64,000 nt of DNA from Macrostomum hystrix (lineage: Eukaryota; Animalia; Platyhelminthes): positions 2,232,001 through 2,296,000 of the forward strand of contig CATNEN010000002.1 in assembly GCA_950097015.1 (NCBI GenBank). The letters are read 5' to 3'. The notes under the pieces were generated by a model. That model had not been told where the DNA came from and made no database searches. It saw only the letters and a program-made list of their open reading frames with translations. Positions within the stretch are counted from its first letter, which is position 1. The number at the start of each line of letters is the position of its first letter. Below, in pieces: positions 31,215 to 46,900 of this stretch. The translations under genes and the position numbers were made by a program.

Positions 31215-31415
31215 TTGATAAATTCGTAAGTCGTTTTTTATCGATAAATATAATAAATATTTATCGATTATAATAACATACAACATATAATTATCGAACA
31301 TATAATAAATCGATTTTTAATCGATAAATCGATTTTTAATCGATAAATCGATTTTTTATCGATAAATCGGTTTTTAATCGATAAATCGATAAATCAGTTT
31401 TTTATCGATAAATAA
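31215..31415. repeat. Cluster of palindromic ATCGAT-containing ~20-bp repeats
   Basis: Repeated aatcgataaatcgattttt; several perfect TATCGATA. Confidence 0.8.
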
Positions 31416-31572
31416 ATCAATTTAATCAATTCGAATGATATAAATTAAAATCGGTTCCATTTAACAACAGAGATTTAAGAACGTTGGTCGTAAAAATGAA
31501 TACCTAATCAACGAAGTTATTATCAAATATCCCAATTGATAAATTTGTCTAACCATCGATCAATCCGAGACC

Positions 31573-32832
31573 TCAGCCGCGATAAACAGCAGCAGCAGCA
31601 GCTGTCGAAGTCGTCAGGTCGGTGTAATCTTCCACGCCGTCGTCTTGAAAGTCCAGGACCTCATCGTAATAGACTTCGTCGAAAACGCCCGGCCGTGCGC
31701 CAAGACCGCTGCCGCCGCCGCAGCCGTTGACAACAGCCCGGGCGCAGCAGGACAAGAAGACAATGCGCTTCAGCTTCTTGTTGAAGAACATATAATTGAA
31801 TGACCACAGCACACCTGAGCAGTAGGGGTCGGACAGGTTGTCCGGGTTGTAGCTGTAGATGTCGCACTCCGGCAGGGCGATCTCGTCGTCCAGCGCGTGC
31901 CAGAAGGCGGCCCGGAAGCCGCCGTAGGTTGGCACGCAGCGGCCGAGGCGGTCGTCGACATCGGCCTGCACCCTGTCTAGCAGGGACTCGCGAGAGAACT
32001 CCTCGCTGGCGCAGCTGGTGAAATCGTAGTCAAAGAAGCTGGAGTTCAGTGTGGAAATCAGGTAGAACAGTGTCTTGTGCGAGATGCCGGCTGCTGGGGC
32101 GCCGCAGCCCGACGTCTCGCCTTCCTCCTCCGATTGTGAAGAGTGCCAAGAAGTCTGCTGCTGCAGTGTTGGGATTAGGCAGGATATAAAGGCTAGCTAC
32201 TTTCATTTATATCCGATATAAATGAAAGGACGGTGTTTGAATGACAGGTAGGGAGAGGGCAGTGGTTGAATGACAGGTAGGGAGAGGGCAGTGGTTGAAT
32301 GACAGGTAGGGAGAGGGCAGTGGTTGAATGACAGGTAGCGAGAGGACGGTGTTTGAATGACAGGTGGGGAGAGGACGGTGGTTGAATGACAGGTGGGGAG
32401 AGGACGGTGGTTGAATCACAGGTGAGAAAATTACGAGCTAATTGACAGTTCCAGAAAGGACAGAGACGGATTGACAGGTCGAGAAAGGATGGAGTTTGAT
32501 GGACAGGTAGGGAGAGAACGGTGTTTGATTGACAGGTGGAAAGGACAGTTGTTACGAATAGACTAGTGATGAGGGAGCAAAATCCACCGAATCACCTGAA
32601 AGTAGTTGCCGCCCTGTTCTGACTGTGGCGGTGACAGCAGCTGGAGCTGAGGCAGTCGACCATTCGGACTGGCACTCATTCGTTCAGCTGTGAACTTTTT
32701 AAACTGCCTTTTATCAGTTGAGATCATTTTGCATGAGTAGTTCTCTAATCTAAAGTCCAACTCATAGTCGCAAGCAGCCTGTCTGATAGCTCCCAAGAAT
32801 GGATCAAACTTTGGAGTGTCCAGCAGCTTCAT
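31573..32832 (-). CDS. MAF1: Repressor of RNA polymerase III transcription MAF1; 2 exons (32832-32596, 32160-31573), ~274 aa
   Basis: MKLLD...RLENYSCKM, LSPPQ, KTLFYLISTLNSSFFDYDF, CDIYSYNP, LWSFNYMFFNKKLKRIVF; GT-AG phase-0 intron. Confidence 0.93.
32225..32545. repeat. 29-bp tandem repeat in the MAF1 intron
   Basis: gaatgacaggtagggagagggcagtggtt units. Confidence 0.85.
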
Positions 32833-35800
32833 TTTTAACAAAAATATTAGCTAAAATTAAAAATTTGTATTTATTTTATTTTGTATATTTAGGTATTGAA
32901 TTATATTTGTTGTTAGATGCCCAGGATTGCAAATCAGTATGAAGGTAGTGAATTAATTTGCCGATGCAGAAATAACGATTTAATGTGTTTATAGGGCTTT
33001 TAATTGCTTAATATTGCTGCCATGCTGGTGATGAATGGCTGAGCCACACTGGCTGAAATGTATTAATGATGAATACTATTAGTCATTTTAGGCTATCTGC
33101 TAATAGTTTGCCAATTCTACAGTAGGTTCTTTTATTTTATTTTCCTAATTTATTAGCTCTAATTATATACAAAAGATACTATCTCTGATAATTCTCAGTC
33201 CTATACTAACTATAACTCAAATAATTTGAATAATTCTGTAATTTATATTACACTATTTATATTTCTGTAAACTATGAACATTATTCATTCACTATTAAGA
33301 CAAATTATATATATCCTCACACAACACTGATTCTATACATAAATTAGAAATTATATGAACATACATGAACAAATATATATTAAATTACTTGTTGGGGACA
33401 ATCAATAATCAATAAATGATTGTGAAACAAAGAAACATTTTTTTGAATACATATTGCATTCTTGTGATAGTTTTCTATGAACTTATTTCTTTCCCAAGAT
33501 TTTTTTCTATATTAAGCAAAGTACCACTATATGGTATATTAAATTTGTAGGGCCTATTCTCAGCTTATAGCTAGCTATATAAATTTAATGCTTTTGCCAT
33601 GGCTTATGAGGGGTTAGTTACAATAGACTATTGACAAAACATAGCCATGTACCCAAAGGCCAACCCAAAATCAGTGAAATATAGGTAGGGGTGGTAGGGC
33701 CTATGGCAAAGCTACACAAGCTCAGCCACCATTTGTATACAGTAAACTTGAGATAGGCCTTTATTTTTGTTTTTTAATTTGATCAAAGTGTTTCTAAGCC
33801 TATTTTTTAAGCTAAGTATTGTCAGACTGGCTTATAAATGGTTACTCATTTAAGTATAAGACAATTTAAATTTCAGAGAAGTATAAACTGATGATTTAAA
33901 TTTTGTTTGAAAGTCAGCTTTTGGGCTATCAATAAAGAGACCTAGGCTAGGGGTGGGATAATTTTCTTTCTCAATAAATTTCCAGATCCTGATCCTGACT
34001 CTTAGAAAGTTGGGAATTGGGATGGGCTCATCTCATGTCCTAATATATAAATAGCTTGGCAAAAAGCAAGAAACAGCTTGAAAAATTCAATGTAGGCTGA
34101 ACCAAGGAAGAACTAAGGACAAGGTTTTAACTGATGTTAAAACTTTAAAGTAATCCATCTACAAGAGTATCCAACTGCATCCAACTCCAACTCTACCCAT
34201 CTACTTAGATTAGACATAGGCTCCTCCTATCCCAAATCCCACCTGGAAATAAATGAAGATCCAAATCCAGACTAATCCTGAAAATCTTGATCCTGCCCAA
34301 CCCCTAACCTAGGCCTAGGCCTACTCATTGAAGCTATTAAGCAATGTGAGCATGATATTGCCTACACTACTTGACATTGAAATAATATGATAAATCAGGT
34401 CTATATAACCACTGAAACAGACTGCAATTAACTAAATTGGACCACGATGGACTACAATCGGACAGACTACAATGAGACAGTAATTTTTTAACTGCAAGGC
34501 AAAGTGAATTTGTTAGCCGCCCAACAACAAAAAATCAAGGCTAGGTCCCTCTACATGTATGATGTATGAGCTTGTAACTGTGACTGTGTATGATATATTA
34601 GTGCTCTCTGCTCTCAGAATTCAGCCCAATAGGCTGACCTGAATTGAATACTTGCCAGGAATGCTGGCTCCTGGCTTTAAGTCAAAAGTCAATGGACACA
34701 AATTTCGTGCTAGCTAAAAGCTTCCAGCCTTTTATTATTTTACTACTAATCCAACCAAAATTATAATAGTAATAGCTGAACCACATAATTATATTTGATT
34801 AATTTATAAATATATTTATCAATAGTAGAATTGTGAGCTTCTGCTAGGCGGCCCTAGGCTAGGCCCCTATTTTGCAGGCGTGTTCCGTTCATTTACTAAT
34901 AATTTCTATAATAGTCAGAGTAGAGTACTATGCGCATCTGTTTGCTCAGATATAAAAACGCATAAATCCATGCCACGACTCCTAGTGATGTATGTTAGCT
35001 AATACTGTCACTGTCACTGTGACGGTGACTGTTACTGAAACGTTCACGTAATTGTCATATTGTAGGTTGGAAAAAACGAAAAGAACTTAAAGTACTTTAC
35101 AGGAACTAAATCAATTGTTGAGTTAAATAATTCTAAAAAGCTAAAAAATCAATAAAGATAGAAACAAATTTTAAAATTCTTTTCGACTTAAAAAACAAAT
35201 ATTTCAGGTTAAATGTTTTTCTCACCTAAATTGTAGCGGTAAACTTCGTGTAATGTTATTTATTTTGTTAAAATAAGAAAAATGCTAACATATGATCTAT
35301 TCTTCCGGGATTAAAAAAATAGTCTGTGGGGCTTGCTTTTTACTATTTTTCTCTTGAATCACGAGGCAAAGTGAGTTGGGGAAGAGAGTGGCGATATAAT
35401 CTGCTTGAACTGACTAACTAAGATTTAACTAAATGGCGAGAAATTTCATGTTGATTTTCCGGTGGAATCAATCGCAGCTACGATCAAATCATCCTAATAA
35501 ATATGCAGGAAATATCCCAAAACAGCTGGTGCTAAATTCGGTAGGTTGGCAACGAATTTCCTATTGAGCTAGTAATAATAGTATGATGTAAATGAAAAAT
35601 AGTGTGCTTTGCGAATGATGTGCACGCGCATGTAATAATGATATCTCGTCATTGCAAAATACAATATAGAGAGAACACTGTAATCACATGACGAGCTCTA
35701 GTGCGTCAGCGACCGTTTTGGAATTTAGTGGGCTTCCGTTTTTCAGATGTCGATCAGAGAAGAGTTCCTATAATACACATCCTATTTTGCCGTTGCGTTT

Positions 35801-36954
35801 TCCTCTAGCAAATGTACGCTATAATATGGGCCCTTGTAGTTGAAGAGACCGGACTGATCGAAGCCTCGCAACTTGCGGCCTAAACGCTGGAAAACATGCC
35901 GCCGTATGCTGTTTGGAAGCAACTACGTTAATAATATTTCTGCGAATGTCGGGGACTAATTGATTATTTGAAAGCATGTGAAACACATTAATTCTAATCA
36001 TGTTAAATCTGAACCAGATCTATAGATAATGTGTACAAGTGGAATGTGGTTAGAATGTGTGTAAGTGGTGTGGGTACAGACTTTCCAACAGTCCATGGAC
36101 TGGTCATACAGTCGTGTATGCGCGTTTTAATGAATTACTTTTTAGGTTAAAAGTATAACAATTGTTGCATTATTACTACTAATAGTCAGTAATAAAATCC
36201 TATGTAGTTGATTTTTAACCTTTCATGTTAAAAAAGCACCGCGTAAATGCAAGCTCTCCATGAAGCGTTAGGCAATTCACTGCTGTAACTGTACAACCGA
36301 AGCAATGCGGTGCTGTGTGACCTTGAACAGCTGCATGAGTTGATTTACAATTTTTTGTGCAGCAAAAGAGAATCAAGTTCAAGTTCTCTACTGCTGTTAA
36401 AACTGCTCGTATCTTACCCCGATCTGTAATATTTTATTCCCCTTATCGGCAACTATAATTTGCAAGCATAACAAATATTAGCCAGTTGAGAGAACACGCG
36501 CTGCGAGCACTAGATACTTAAACTCCAGGTACTGTAGGACTATTCATGTATTTAGCATCACACACAATGCTCGGGCAGTTTGTAAGGGGCATATAAGCGA
36601 ATTGCTTATTTAAAACGTCCTCACGCCCGAAATGGGGAAGAGGGAAAGAGAAATTGGCGCCCGTCTGTCATTTGCTGGCCGGCCCGTGCGACTCCCAACC
36701 CCCTCCAATATCCTGCTGCTACTAGTTTAGTCCTGCACATTCATTCTATAGGGGAGCTATAGGCATACTGAGGCTTGTGTACAGCCAGTTTAGTGAGACA
36801 TTGTGACTTACCTTCGATCCAACCCTGCACTCTGTGTACTGCAGAGCTCACTCCGTATGATTTATTCCCTTGAACAAGCCCAGCTGTATATTTGAGCAGA
36901 TTAAAGCAGCAAATATTACGACTATATTAGTTACGTTGGGGATATTAACAAAAA

Positions 36955-37566
36955 ATGGGATTCAAATGCTGCGTTCCGCGCTGCTTCACTAATTTGCCGC
37001 GCTACGAGAAAGATCCCAACGTGTCAGTTCACAAATTTCCCAGAGCCTCAAACGCGGAGCTGCTCAACCAGTGGATCAAGGCAATACCCAGGGACTGGAC
37101 GGCCACGGACCTGGCAAAGCTGCGAGCTCAGCGCAAGCACAACTTTCGGGTATGCTCGCTGCATTTCGACGAAAAATTCTTCGTGACAGAGTCCCAGGAC
37201 TCGAATAAGTATCGCAAGCGACCGCCGGAGACAATCGGCGATGTTGACGACCAGGCAGTCGTCGCAATGGCCTTGAAGAATCGACGCCTGTCTCGCGAGG
37301 CTGTGCCCAGCATCTTCCCGAATGTTAGCTTCAAGCTGAATCCCAATCGACCCATCCACCGGCGCGAGATGAAAAAGAAGAAAAACAAACACAAGAAGAG
37401 GCTTCGGCCCGTTGAACATGGCGAAGGCGTCGATGTCTTGATGGTTGCAGAACCGGAGCAGCAGCTGGAACAGGCTGGTCATCACGTGACTTCGTCAAGG
37501 CCACTGATCACACTGCTTCCCTTTCATCTCCGCGATCAGCAACATCACGGATCAATGGACTCGTGA
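36955..37566 (+). CDS. THAP-domain protein, 203 aa
   Basis: C2CH THAP signature: CCVPRC...FP...W...RVCSLHF...AVPSIF, followed by a basic KKKKNKHKKR stretch. Confidence 0.85.
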   Translation: MGFKCCVPRCFTNLPRYEKDPNVSVHKFPRASNAELLNQWIKAIPRDWTATDLAKLRAQRKHNFRVCSLHFDEKFFVTESQDSNKYRKRPPETIGDVDDQAVVAMALKNRRLSREAVPSIFPNVSFKLNPNRPIHRREMKKKKNKHKKRLRPVEHGEGVDVLMVAEPEQQLEQAGHHVTSSRPLITLLPFHLRDQQHHGSMDS

Positions 37567-39513
37567 GCTTGTGAAATCATGCGCTTTCTTGAGTGATTCT
37601 GTGACTGTCCTATTGACGTATTGTGATACTACTTTCCAAACTAATCGAACAGTTATTCACCTGGCTATCAATAAAATGCTACCTCATTTGAGCAGAGTTG
37701 CTAGGGGCAGAGCAGTTCTTGCCTCTCACCCAACAACCATTATCAAGTGGACTGTATACCATATGCCTCACTGAGAATTCCCAAATTGATCTTAGAATTG
37801 TTATAGCCCAGCATTGTGCCTCGATCTCCTGATCAATAGATGTTCTGGGTAGGTTTTGGAGAATGCTTTTTAGGTCAGAACACATGTTAAGGGCGTCTTT
37901 GTTGTATTTAAGTTGTCTTTGTTGTTGAAAGCTTAGTTACAAAGGAAGGACGAATTTAATTGGCAAAAACTACTAGTGCGCATGACGATACCATGCAATA
38001 AATAAAAGCAATTTGCTTTGCAGATGAAAGTAAGAGATTAGGGTAAGATGTTGGGAGAATAGACATGGGTAGAAAAGAGAGATTTGTAGATTAGGAAAAA
38101 TAGAGCTGAGAGAAGGGAGAGAAATGAACTCTCAGAGCATTCGCTAAAATCTATCAGGGCACTGTTGGTTTTTGGCTCTGTACAATGTACACAACTTTGG
38201 CCAGAAAATGAACTGCACACACCGTGGGGTTATTGAGCGATATATTAGCGGGTTGTGAGCTGTACACTCAGTTTTCCTTGGCCCTGAGTTCACGAGGAAG
38301 GCAGAGAGCAGGCTGGAGCGAAGGGGGGAGTGAGTCATTTCGTTGGGGAGTTGAGACAGCTGAGTTGCTTCTGTTCCTCCCAGCCCAGCGAAGCCTTGGC
38401 TTGGCTGTACACTGCTGTTGATTGAAGCACTCTGGTTGTTGTTGGGAAGAGAAGGGACTAGGGCTTAGGAAAATAGGAAGCGAGTGACACAAAGCCGGCA
38501 ATAGACGGGATTAACGTTTCTGCGTTCACTTTGTCGTCCTCCCAGCTCTTTCACGTACGCGCCGGTGTGCATGCGGAGAGACAGAGAGGAGGCCGAGAAA
38601 TAGGGATTTAAGCGAGAAATATCTCTTCCCCTAGAAAGAAATCCTGTCTGTCTGTCCCAACCGTCCCTTTAATCCCTTCCCCTCCCTCCCTTGCTGATAT
38701 TTGGGCTCGTGCAGTTTGGCCAGGGGAATGCCGAAGTTAAAACAGCCAGCTGGCAGCCCCTTATCTGTGCCGTAGCTTATAACCGCTCAAAGGTGTTCGA
38801 CTTTATTTCCCGACTATTGCATGAAAGCAATCATTGCTTGGTTATTTATACTTCAAGTAAGTCTGCATTATTTATTGATCATTTCGGCTTTTATTTGACT
38901 GCTATTAGTTCTTTTTCGGTTGGACTTACTGAGGGGTGGAAACAAGCACAGAGCCGTTGAAAAGTGCAGGTAGAGATTAAAAATAGGTGAAAATGGGAGT
39001 ATGAGAAACTGTTAGGAAATAAGGGCCGATTTAAGACCTCTTCCTCGCAATACCCCCACTATTTAGTGGAGGCTGACTCACCTGACACGAACCCACGAAT
39101 TAAGGTGTGTGAGGGTTGGGCAATAATTTGGGAGTTTTCTGCACATCCCTATGTCTCTCTGATCCCATCCAACTGCTGACAGTATAGGCAGAGAGCTTCT
39201 GCTGCAGTCGCTGCCACCGCTCTGACTCATTGCTTGTAGGCCTCCGCTCTTTGTTCCCACGCGCGCGCGTGGCGTCTCGCCCACCCCTCCAAATTTCAAG
39301 CCCCGTCTATGCCGCTAGAAATGCCCACAATTCCCAGATCCCATTTGTTGATTGAGCCACAGCCCCACAGACCGCTGCCAGCTGTGCCTCTGTCCCGTTT
39401 CTTCCCAATAAGTGTGTGGGATCAGAGGATTGAACAGGCGAGTCTTTGTTCACACCGGCAGGGCTCAGCGTTCAGAAATTCTCGCAGGCACCGCCGAGTC
39501 CAACGAGGAGACG

Positions 39514-41142
<1,629 letters not shown>

Positions 41143-41237
41143 TTGCGGCGACACTTGGGCCTTGGAGACGTGCAGGACTTAAAGAGGCCAATGTAGATTG
41201 TATGCTGTTTTTTTCTTAGGATAAAGACTTCCATCTC

Positions 41238-41445
41238 GAGGATCTGAGCAGTTTGGGAAGTTCTACATCCTGAGGATCTGAGCAGTTTGGGAAGGCTTCC
41301 AGCCTGAGGATCTGAGCAGTTTGGGAAGGCCAACATCCTGAGGATCTGAGCAGTTTGGGAAGGCCTACATCCGGAGGATCTGAGCAGTTTGGGAAGGCTT
41401 CCAGCCTGAGGATCTGAGCAGTTTGGGAAGGCCTCTAGCCTGAGT
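41238..41445. repeat. 34-bp tandem repeat, 6 units
   Basis: gaggatctgagcagtttgggaaggcttccagcct units. Confidence 0.9.
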
Positions 41446-42033
41446 GAGGATTGAGATTTTTTCATGCAGTTTGTTCTTCATTATGTATTCTAGTCTTTGT
41501 AAATGATTTATTGCATTGTTGATTTTTGCAGCCTCGGCTAAAGCTATATTTAGTAGCGGCTGACAAAGTGTCAAACATTTTCCGGTTACGACATCAGCTC
41601 TTGCTTCTTAATTTCGTGTTATCTCTTTCGTAAATGTAACAACCTTGCTAATTCATTTGCTTACAGGAATTGAATGTGATTTATTTAATTTTTTGAATGT
41701 ATGTAAAGTTAGTGTGCGCATAGCTATTTTGTCAATTACATTTTCCAGCATGAAACATGACAGTGGAAATAAATTTGTTCGTTAGAAAGTTAACAAAATG
41801 AATATTGATAGCCATTATTTTCAGACCGTGATTTTAGACTTCGAAGCTTCAAAGTCACACATTCTGAACAGGTTGGGAGTTTGAATCTCAGCCCAAAGGA
41901 CCACAGACTCAGTCTGAACAGCTTTAAACAGCCTATGGAAGTGCCGCACAATGACTGATCCTGCCGCATCCTGTCCCACTGTGCTAGGCGAAATGATGTA
42001 ATTATTTTATATTGTCTATTCTCTAGAAACCTA

Positions 42034-43176
42034 AAATTTCGGATTCGGTTGTGTAACTCTGTTGGCTTCTGAAAAGCCGAAATTTCGGATTCGGTTGTGT
42101 AACTATGTTGGCTTCTGAAAAGCCGAAATTTCGGATTCGGTTGTGTAACTCTGTTGGCTTCTGAAAAGCCGAAATTTCGGATTTGGTGTGTAACTCTGTC
42201 AGCTTCTGAAAAGCCGAAATTTCGGATTCGGTTGTGTAACTCTGTTGGCTTCTGAAAAGCCGAAATTTCGGATTCGGTTGTGTAACTCTGTTGGCTTCTG
42301 AAAACCCGAAATTTCGGATTCGGTTGTGTAAATCTGTTGGCTTCTGAAAAGCCGAAATTTCGGATTCGGTTGTGTAACTCTGTTGGCTTCTGAAAAGCCG
42401 AAATTTCGGATTCGGTTGTGTAACTCTGTTGGCTTCTGAAAAGCCGAAATTTCGGATTCGGTTGTGTAACTCTGTTGGCTTCTGAAAAGCCGAAATTTCG
42501 GATTCTGTTGTGTAAATCTGTTGGCTTCTGAAAAGCCGACATTTCGGATTCGGTTGTGTAACTCTGTTGGCTTCTGAAAAGCCGAAATTTCGGATTCGGT
42601 TGTGTAACTATGTTGGCTTCTGAAAACCCGAAATTTCCGATTCTGTTGTGTAACTCTGTCAGCTTCTGAAAACACGAAATTTCCGATTCTGTTGTGTAAC
42701 TCTGTTGGCTTCTGAAAACACGAAATTTCGGATTCTGTTGTGTAACTCTGTCAGCTTCTGAAAACACGAAATTTCCGATTCGGTTGTGTAACTCTGTCAG
42801 CTTCTGAAAACACGAAATTTCCGATTCTGTTGTGTAACTCTGTTGGCTTCTGAAAACACGAAATTTCCGATTCTGTTGTGTAACTCTGTTGGCTTCTGAA
42901 AACACGAAATTTCGGATTCTGTTGTGTAACTCTGTTGGCTTCTGAAAACACGAAATTTCGGATTCGGTTGTGTAACTCTGTTGGCTTCTGAAAAGCCGAA
43001 ATTTCGGATTCGGTTGTGTAACTATGTTGGCTTCTGAAAAGCCGAAATTTCGGATTCGGTTGTGTAACTCTGTTGGCTTCTGAAAAGCCGACATTTCGGA
43101 TTCGGTTGTGTAACTCTGTTGGCTTCTGAAAAGCCGAAATTTCGGATTCGGTTGTGTAACTATGTTGGCTTCTGAA
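42034..43176. repeat. 46-bp tandem satellite, ~25 units, with two sub-array variants
   Basis: aaatttcggattcggttgtgtaactctgttggcttctgaaaagccg units. Confidence 0.95.
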
Positions 43177-43961
43177 TGTTTTTTCCGAATTAGAATATAC
43201 TAAGAGGCTAAAAGGACTTTGAATCCAATATTTATAGAAGACCGAACAGAATTCGTACATATTGCGGAATATACAATAACTTTACTAGCAACAAAGATTT
43301 GTTATTAAGTGAACAAACTTTAATGCAGAACAACAAATGCCTACTCATGCCTAGCTACAAAGAGAAAATTTACATGTTGAGCGGCATGGGTAGGAAAAAC
43401 AGTATAAATAATATACCAATGTAGGTGCCAACACAACATCATAATTACACAGCAATGTACAGTATTGAAGATAGCCCAGCCTATGTACAATTTAAAGATA
43501 ATGATAAGAAATAATTGTAGAAACTGATTTTACAGATAAAAAGTTGACAAGGCATTTGACAGCACAAATTTACAGTGGCTTAGGTAAATTATTATCATTT
43601 GTCGCATTACAGTTTGCAAAACAATAAGCAACTCAGCAGAAAAATAAACTGGCCAATAGAAAAAAGTGAAACTATTCATAACAGTGGCATAAAGGGCCGC
43701 AGCTGCCTACTGGTCAGTAGAGCAATGAGTAGAGTAGAGTTTGTTTTTAAAACGAAACAAAAGTTTTGTTCAAATTTCTCAGTAAATTGTCGATTCTGCT
43801 TTCCGGAAGAAACTACAGTAGGCAAACAGCAGAAATTGTTTAAAATTTATTTTTTAATTTTAGGATCAAAATTTAACAGAATAATAGAGGCATAGAGCTT
43901 TACTAAATTTATACCCGTTATATTTTTTTCAAGAAAACATTTAAATCCGTAGTCCGTAGCG

Positions 43962-46900
43962 TCATGCAGTTGCATCGGCCCCTTCAACGGCTTCTAGAGA
44001 CGCTGGAATAGCAACAGCAGCGGCAGCAGCAGCTTCAGAAACAATCTGATTAAGAGCTTCAGCAGCAGCAGCAGCAGCAGAGTCCATCTCACTTTCACCA
44101 GTTACCACGGTCGTGTCAGAGGTCAGTTCGCCAGTCTCCTGCTTGACCTCGGCTGGCTGCAAGTCGATGGTGTGATAGCGATTGTACGGATGGTACGGTA
44201 CCAGCTCTGAGTTGGAGTTGACCTGAGCACAGCTGGTGCTCAAACCCGGCCTGTTTGTGTCCGGCAGGTGGCCGAGCAGCCAGGCCTGGCAGGCCGACTC
44301 CGAGTCTGGCGAGAGGCGGTTGGCCGGCCGTTGCAGCCAGTGAGCCAGGCGGCTTCGCTTGGCCATTGTGACAGGCCGGTGGGTGGCCTTGGCCCTGGCT
44401 AGCTGGCCTGCCCGGTAGAAGACGCTCTCGCAGCCGGTGGCGTACATCAGCAGGCAGGAGCCCTCGCTGACGCCGCGAATCTCCATCTGGTCCCAGCACG
44501 TGACACCGCGGAACAGCTCGTCTGGGCGGGCCTGCGGATTGAAAGATGAGAGAATTCGATTGGAACCAGATGTACTAAGCAAGGACCCGGAAACCTCGTG
44601 GAATGGGAGATTGAAATTGCAACTGCCAAAGGCTGTGTACAGCCGCTCAGTCCATAGACACTCTCATCTCTACATGCTCAACTCTGGATGTTAATAATAA
44701 TAATAATTGCAGGAGGGTTGCGGGCAATGGCACGTCATTTCGGTGACACTAGACCCGCAGCCAGGGAGGAGGCAGTTCCGCCCATTTCGCTGACTCCTGA
44801 GCACACACGCACACAGATACTGTACGCAGGCACACGCTCACACAGGTGTGTACATCTGCCCTGACTTCCTCATTGTCAGGCAGTGTACACTCTCACTGTG
44901 CCTTGGAAGTTGGCCCTCAAGAACGTAAATTGCACGACATGCTCCCCAAGCCTTCTCTCTGCGGCTGCGCCCCAAATAAATGTGGCCTTGCCGTGGAATC
45001 GAGCTCAGGGACCTTGGTGCGAGAGGCAAACACATTAACCACCGACCCCCTGTGGATGGCATCTAAAACCTGAATTATCTCAAGTGTTCACCTGGAAGCC
45101 AAAGGTGGCCCTGAGCAGACTCAGCGTGTCTCGCTGCCACTGGGCGCCTAGACAAGCCGAACTGGTCTTCTTGGCGTCCGGGGCATCCACAGACGCCGCC
45201 GGAGGTTCGACAGCTTCGACGGAATCAGCCGATGCGTCATCGTCGTCGCTACGTCGCATTGTGGCTAGGCGAATCCACTGCAGAGCGTTGCGCACCAGGA
45301 ACACCTGCCGAATGTCCGCGGACTGCGGTGGCTGCTGCGGCCGCTCCGACCCGCCTCTGGAAAAAAGGAAGGTGACAGCATAAAATCAAAATGATGGTCA
45401 TGGACCACCAGTCTGAATCTCATGGACCACCAGTCTGAATCTCATGGACCACCAGTCTGAATCTCAAGGACCACCTGTCTGAATCTCATGGACCACCTGT
45501 CTGAACCTTGAGGACCACCTGACTGAATCTTAAGGATCACCTATCCGAACTTCAAGTACCACCTGTCTGAACTTCAAGGACCACCTGTCTGAACTTCAAG
45601 TACCACCTGTCTGAACTTCAAGTACCACCTGTCTGAACTTCAAGTACCACCTGTCTGAACTTCAAGTACCACCTGTCTGAACTTCAAGGACCACCTGTCT
45701 GAACTTCAAGTACCACCTGTCTGAACTTCAAGGACCACCTGTCTGAACTTCAAGGACCACCTATCTGAACTTCAAGGACCACCTGTCTGAACTTCAAGGA
45801 CCACCTGACTGAATCTTAAGGACCACCTGTCTGAACCTCAAGGAGACTTTCTGATACTTAGAACTTGAAGAAAATCAGACCAGTACAAACAGACGGAGAT
45901 TTAGAATCAGGATTCCGCACCTGTACTGCAGCAGGTACTCGGACCAGCTCTTTGCTCCGTCGCGGTTTCGGCTGCTGCCGGCTGCGCCAAGGGGGACAGC
46001 GGGAACCGCGGACTCCGGCTTGGGCCGCTCAACAGATGCCGCAGTTGCCACTTCGACTTTAGCAGGAATCAAATCGACTTGATCGGCCAACTTCGGCGAT
46101 GGCGACAAAGGCTGGGAAGGCGTCCACTGAGAAGGCGGTGGCGGCGGCGGTGGGGGTAGAGGAGGCGGCGGCTGAGACTGCTGCGGAGGAGGCCTTTCCA
46201 CCAGTTGCACGGTCAGCAAGCGGGTTTCAGGATCGATGGAAACAAGAAACAGGTTGTCCGACACCTGACGCTCCGCCGCGCGCCTGAGAATTCAATTATT
46301 CCGAGACATTATTGGGCAATTGAGCAGGATATCCATGGTGGAAACAAGTTTATCAGTGTGGGGAATTGTGTGGGGAATGATGTGGAGAATGGTGTGTGGA
46401 ATGGTGTGGGAAATAGTGTGGAGAATGGTGTGGAGAATGGTGTGTGGAATGGTGTGGGGAATGGTGTGGGAAATTGTGTGTGGAATGGTGTGGGGAATGG
46501 TGTGTCGAATGGTGTGGGGAATGGTGTGGGAAATTGTGTGTGGAATGGTGTGGGGAATGGTGTGGGGAATTGTGTGTGGAATGGTGTGGGGAATGGTGTG
46601 TGGAATGGTGTGGGGAATGGTGTGGGGAATGGTGTGGGAAATTGTGTGTGGAATGGTGTGGGGAATGGTGTGGGGAATGGTGTGTGGAATGGTGTGGGGA
46701 ATGGTGTGGGAAATTGTGTGTGGAATGGTGTGGGGAATGGTGTGGGGAATGGTGTGTGGAATGGTGTGGGGAATGGTGTGTGGAATGGTGTGGGGAATGG
46801 TGTGGGGAATTGAGTGGGGAATGGTGTGGGGAATTGTGTGGGGAATGGTGTGGGGAATTGTGTGGGGAATGGTGTGGGGAATAGTGTGTGGAATGGTGTG

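Noticed and set aside
33000-36900. AT-rich stretch between MAF1 and the THAP gene
   Set aside because: No repeat, ORF or structure I could support by eye.
41790-43260. Long repeat ORFs / CRISPR-like appearance
   Set aside because: Head-to-tail 46-bp units with no unique spacers, no cas genes, eukaryotic context.
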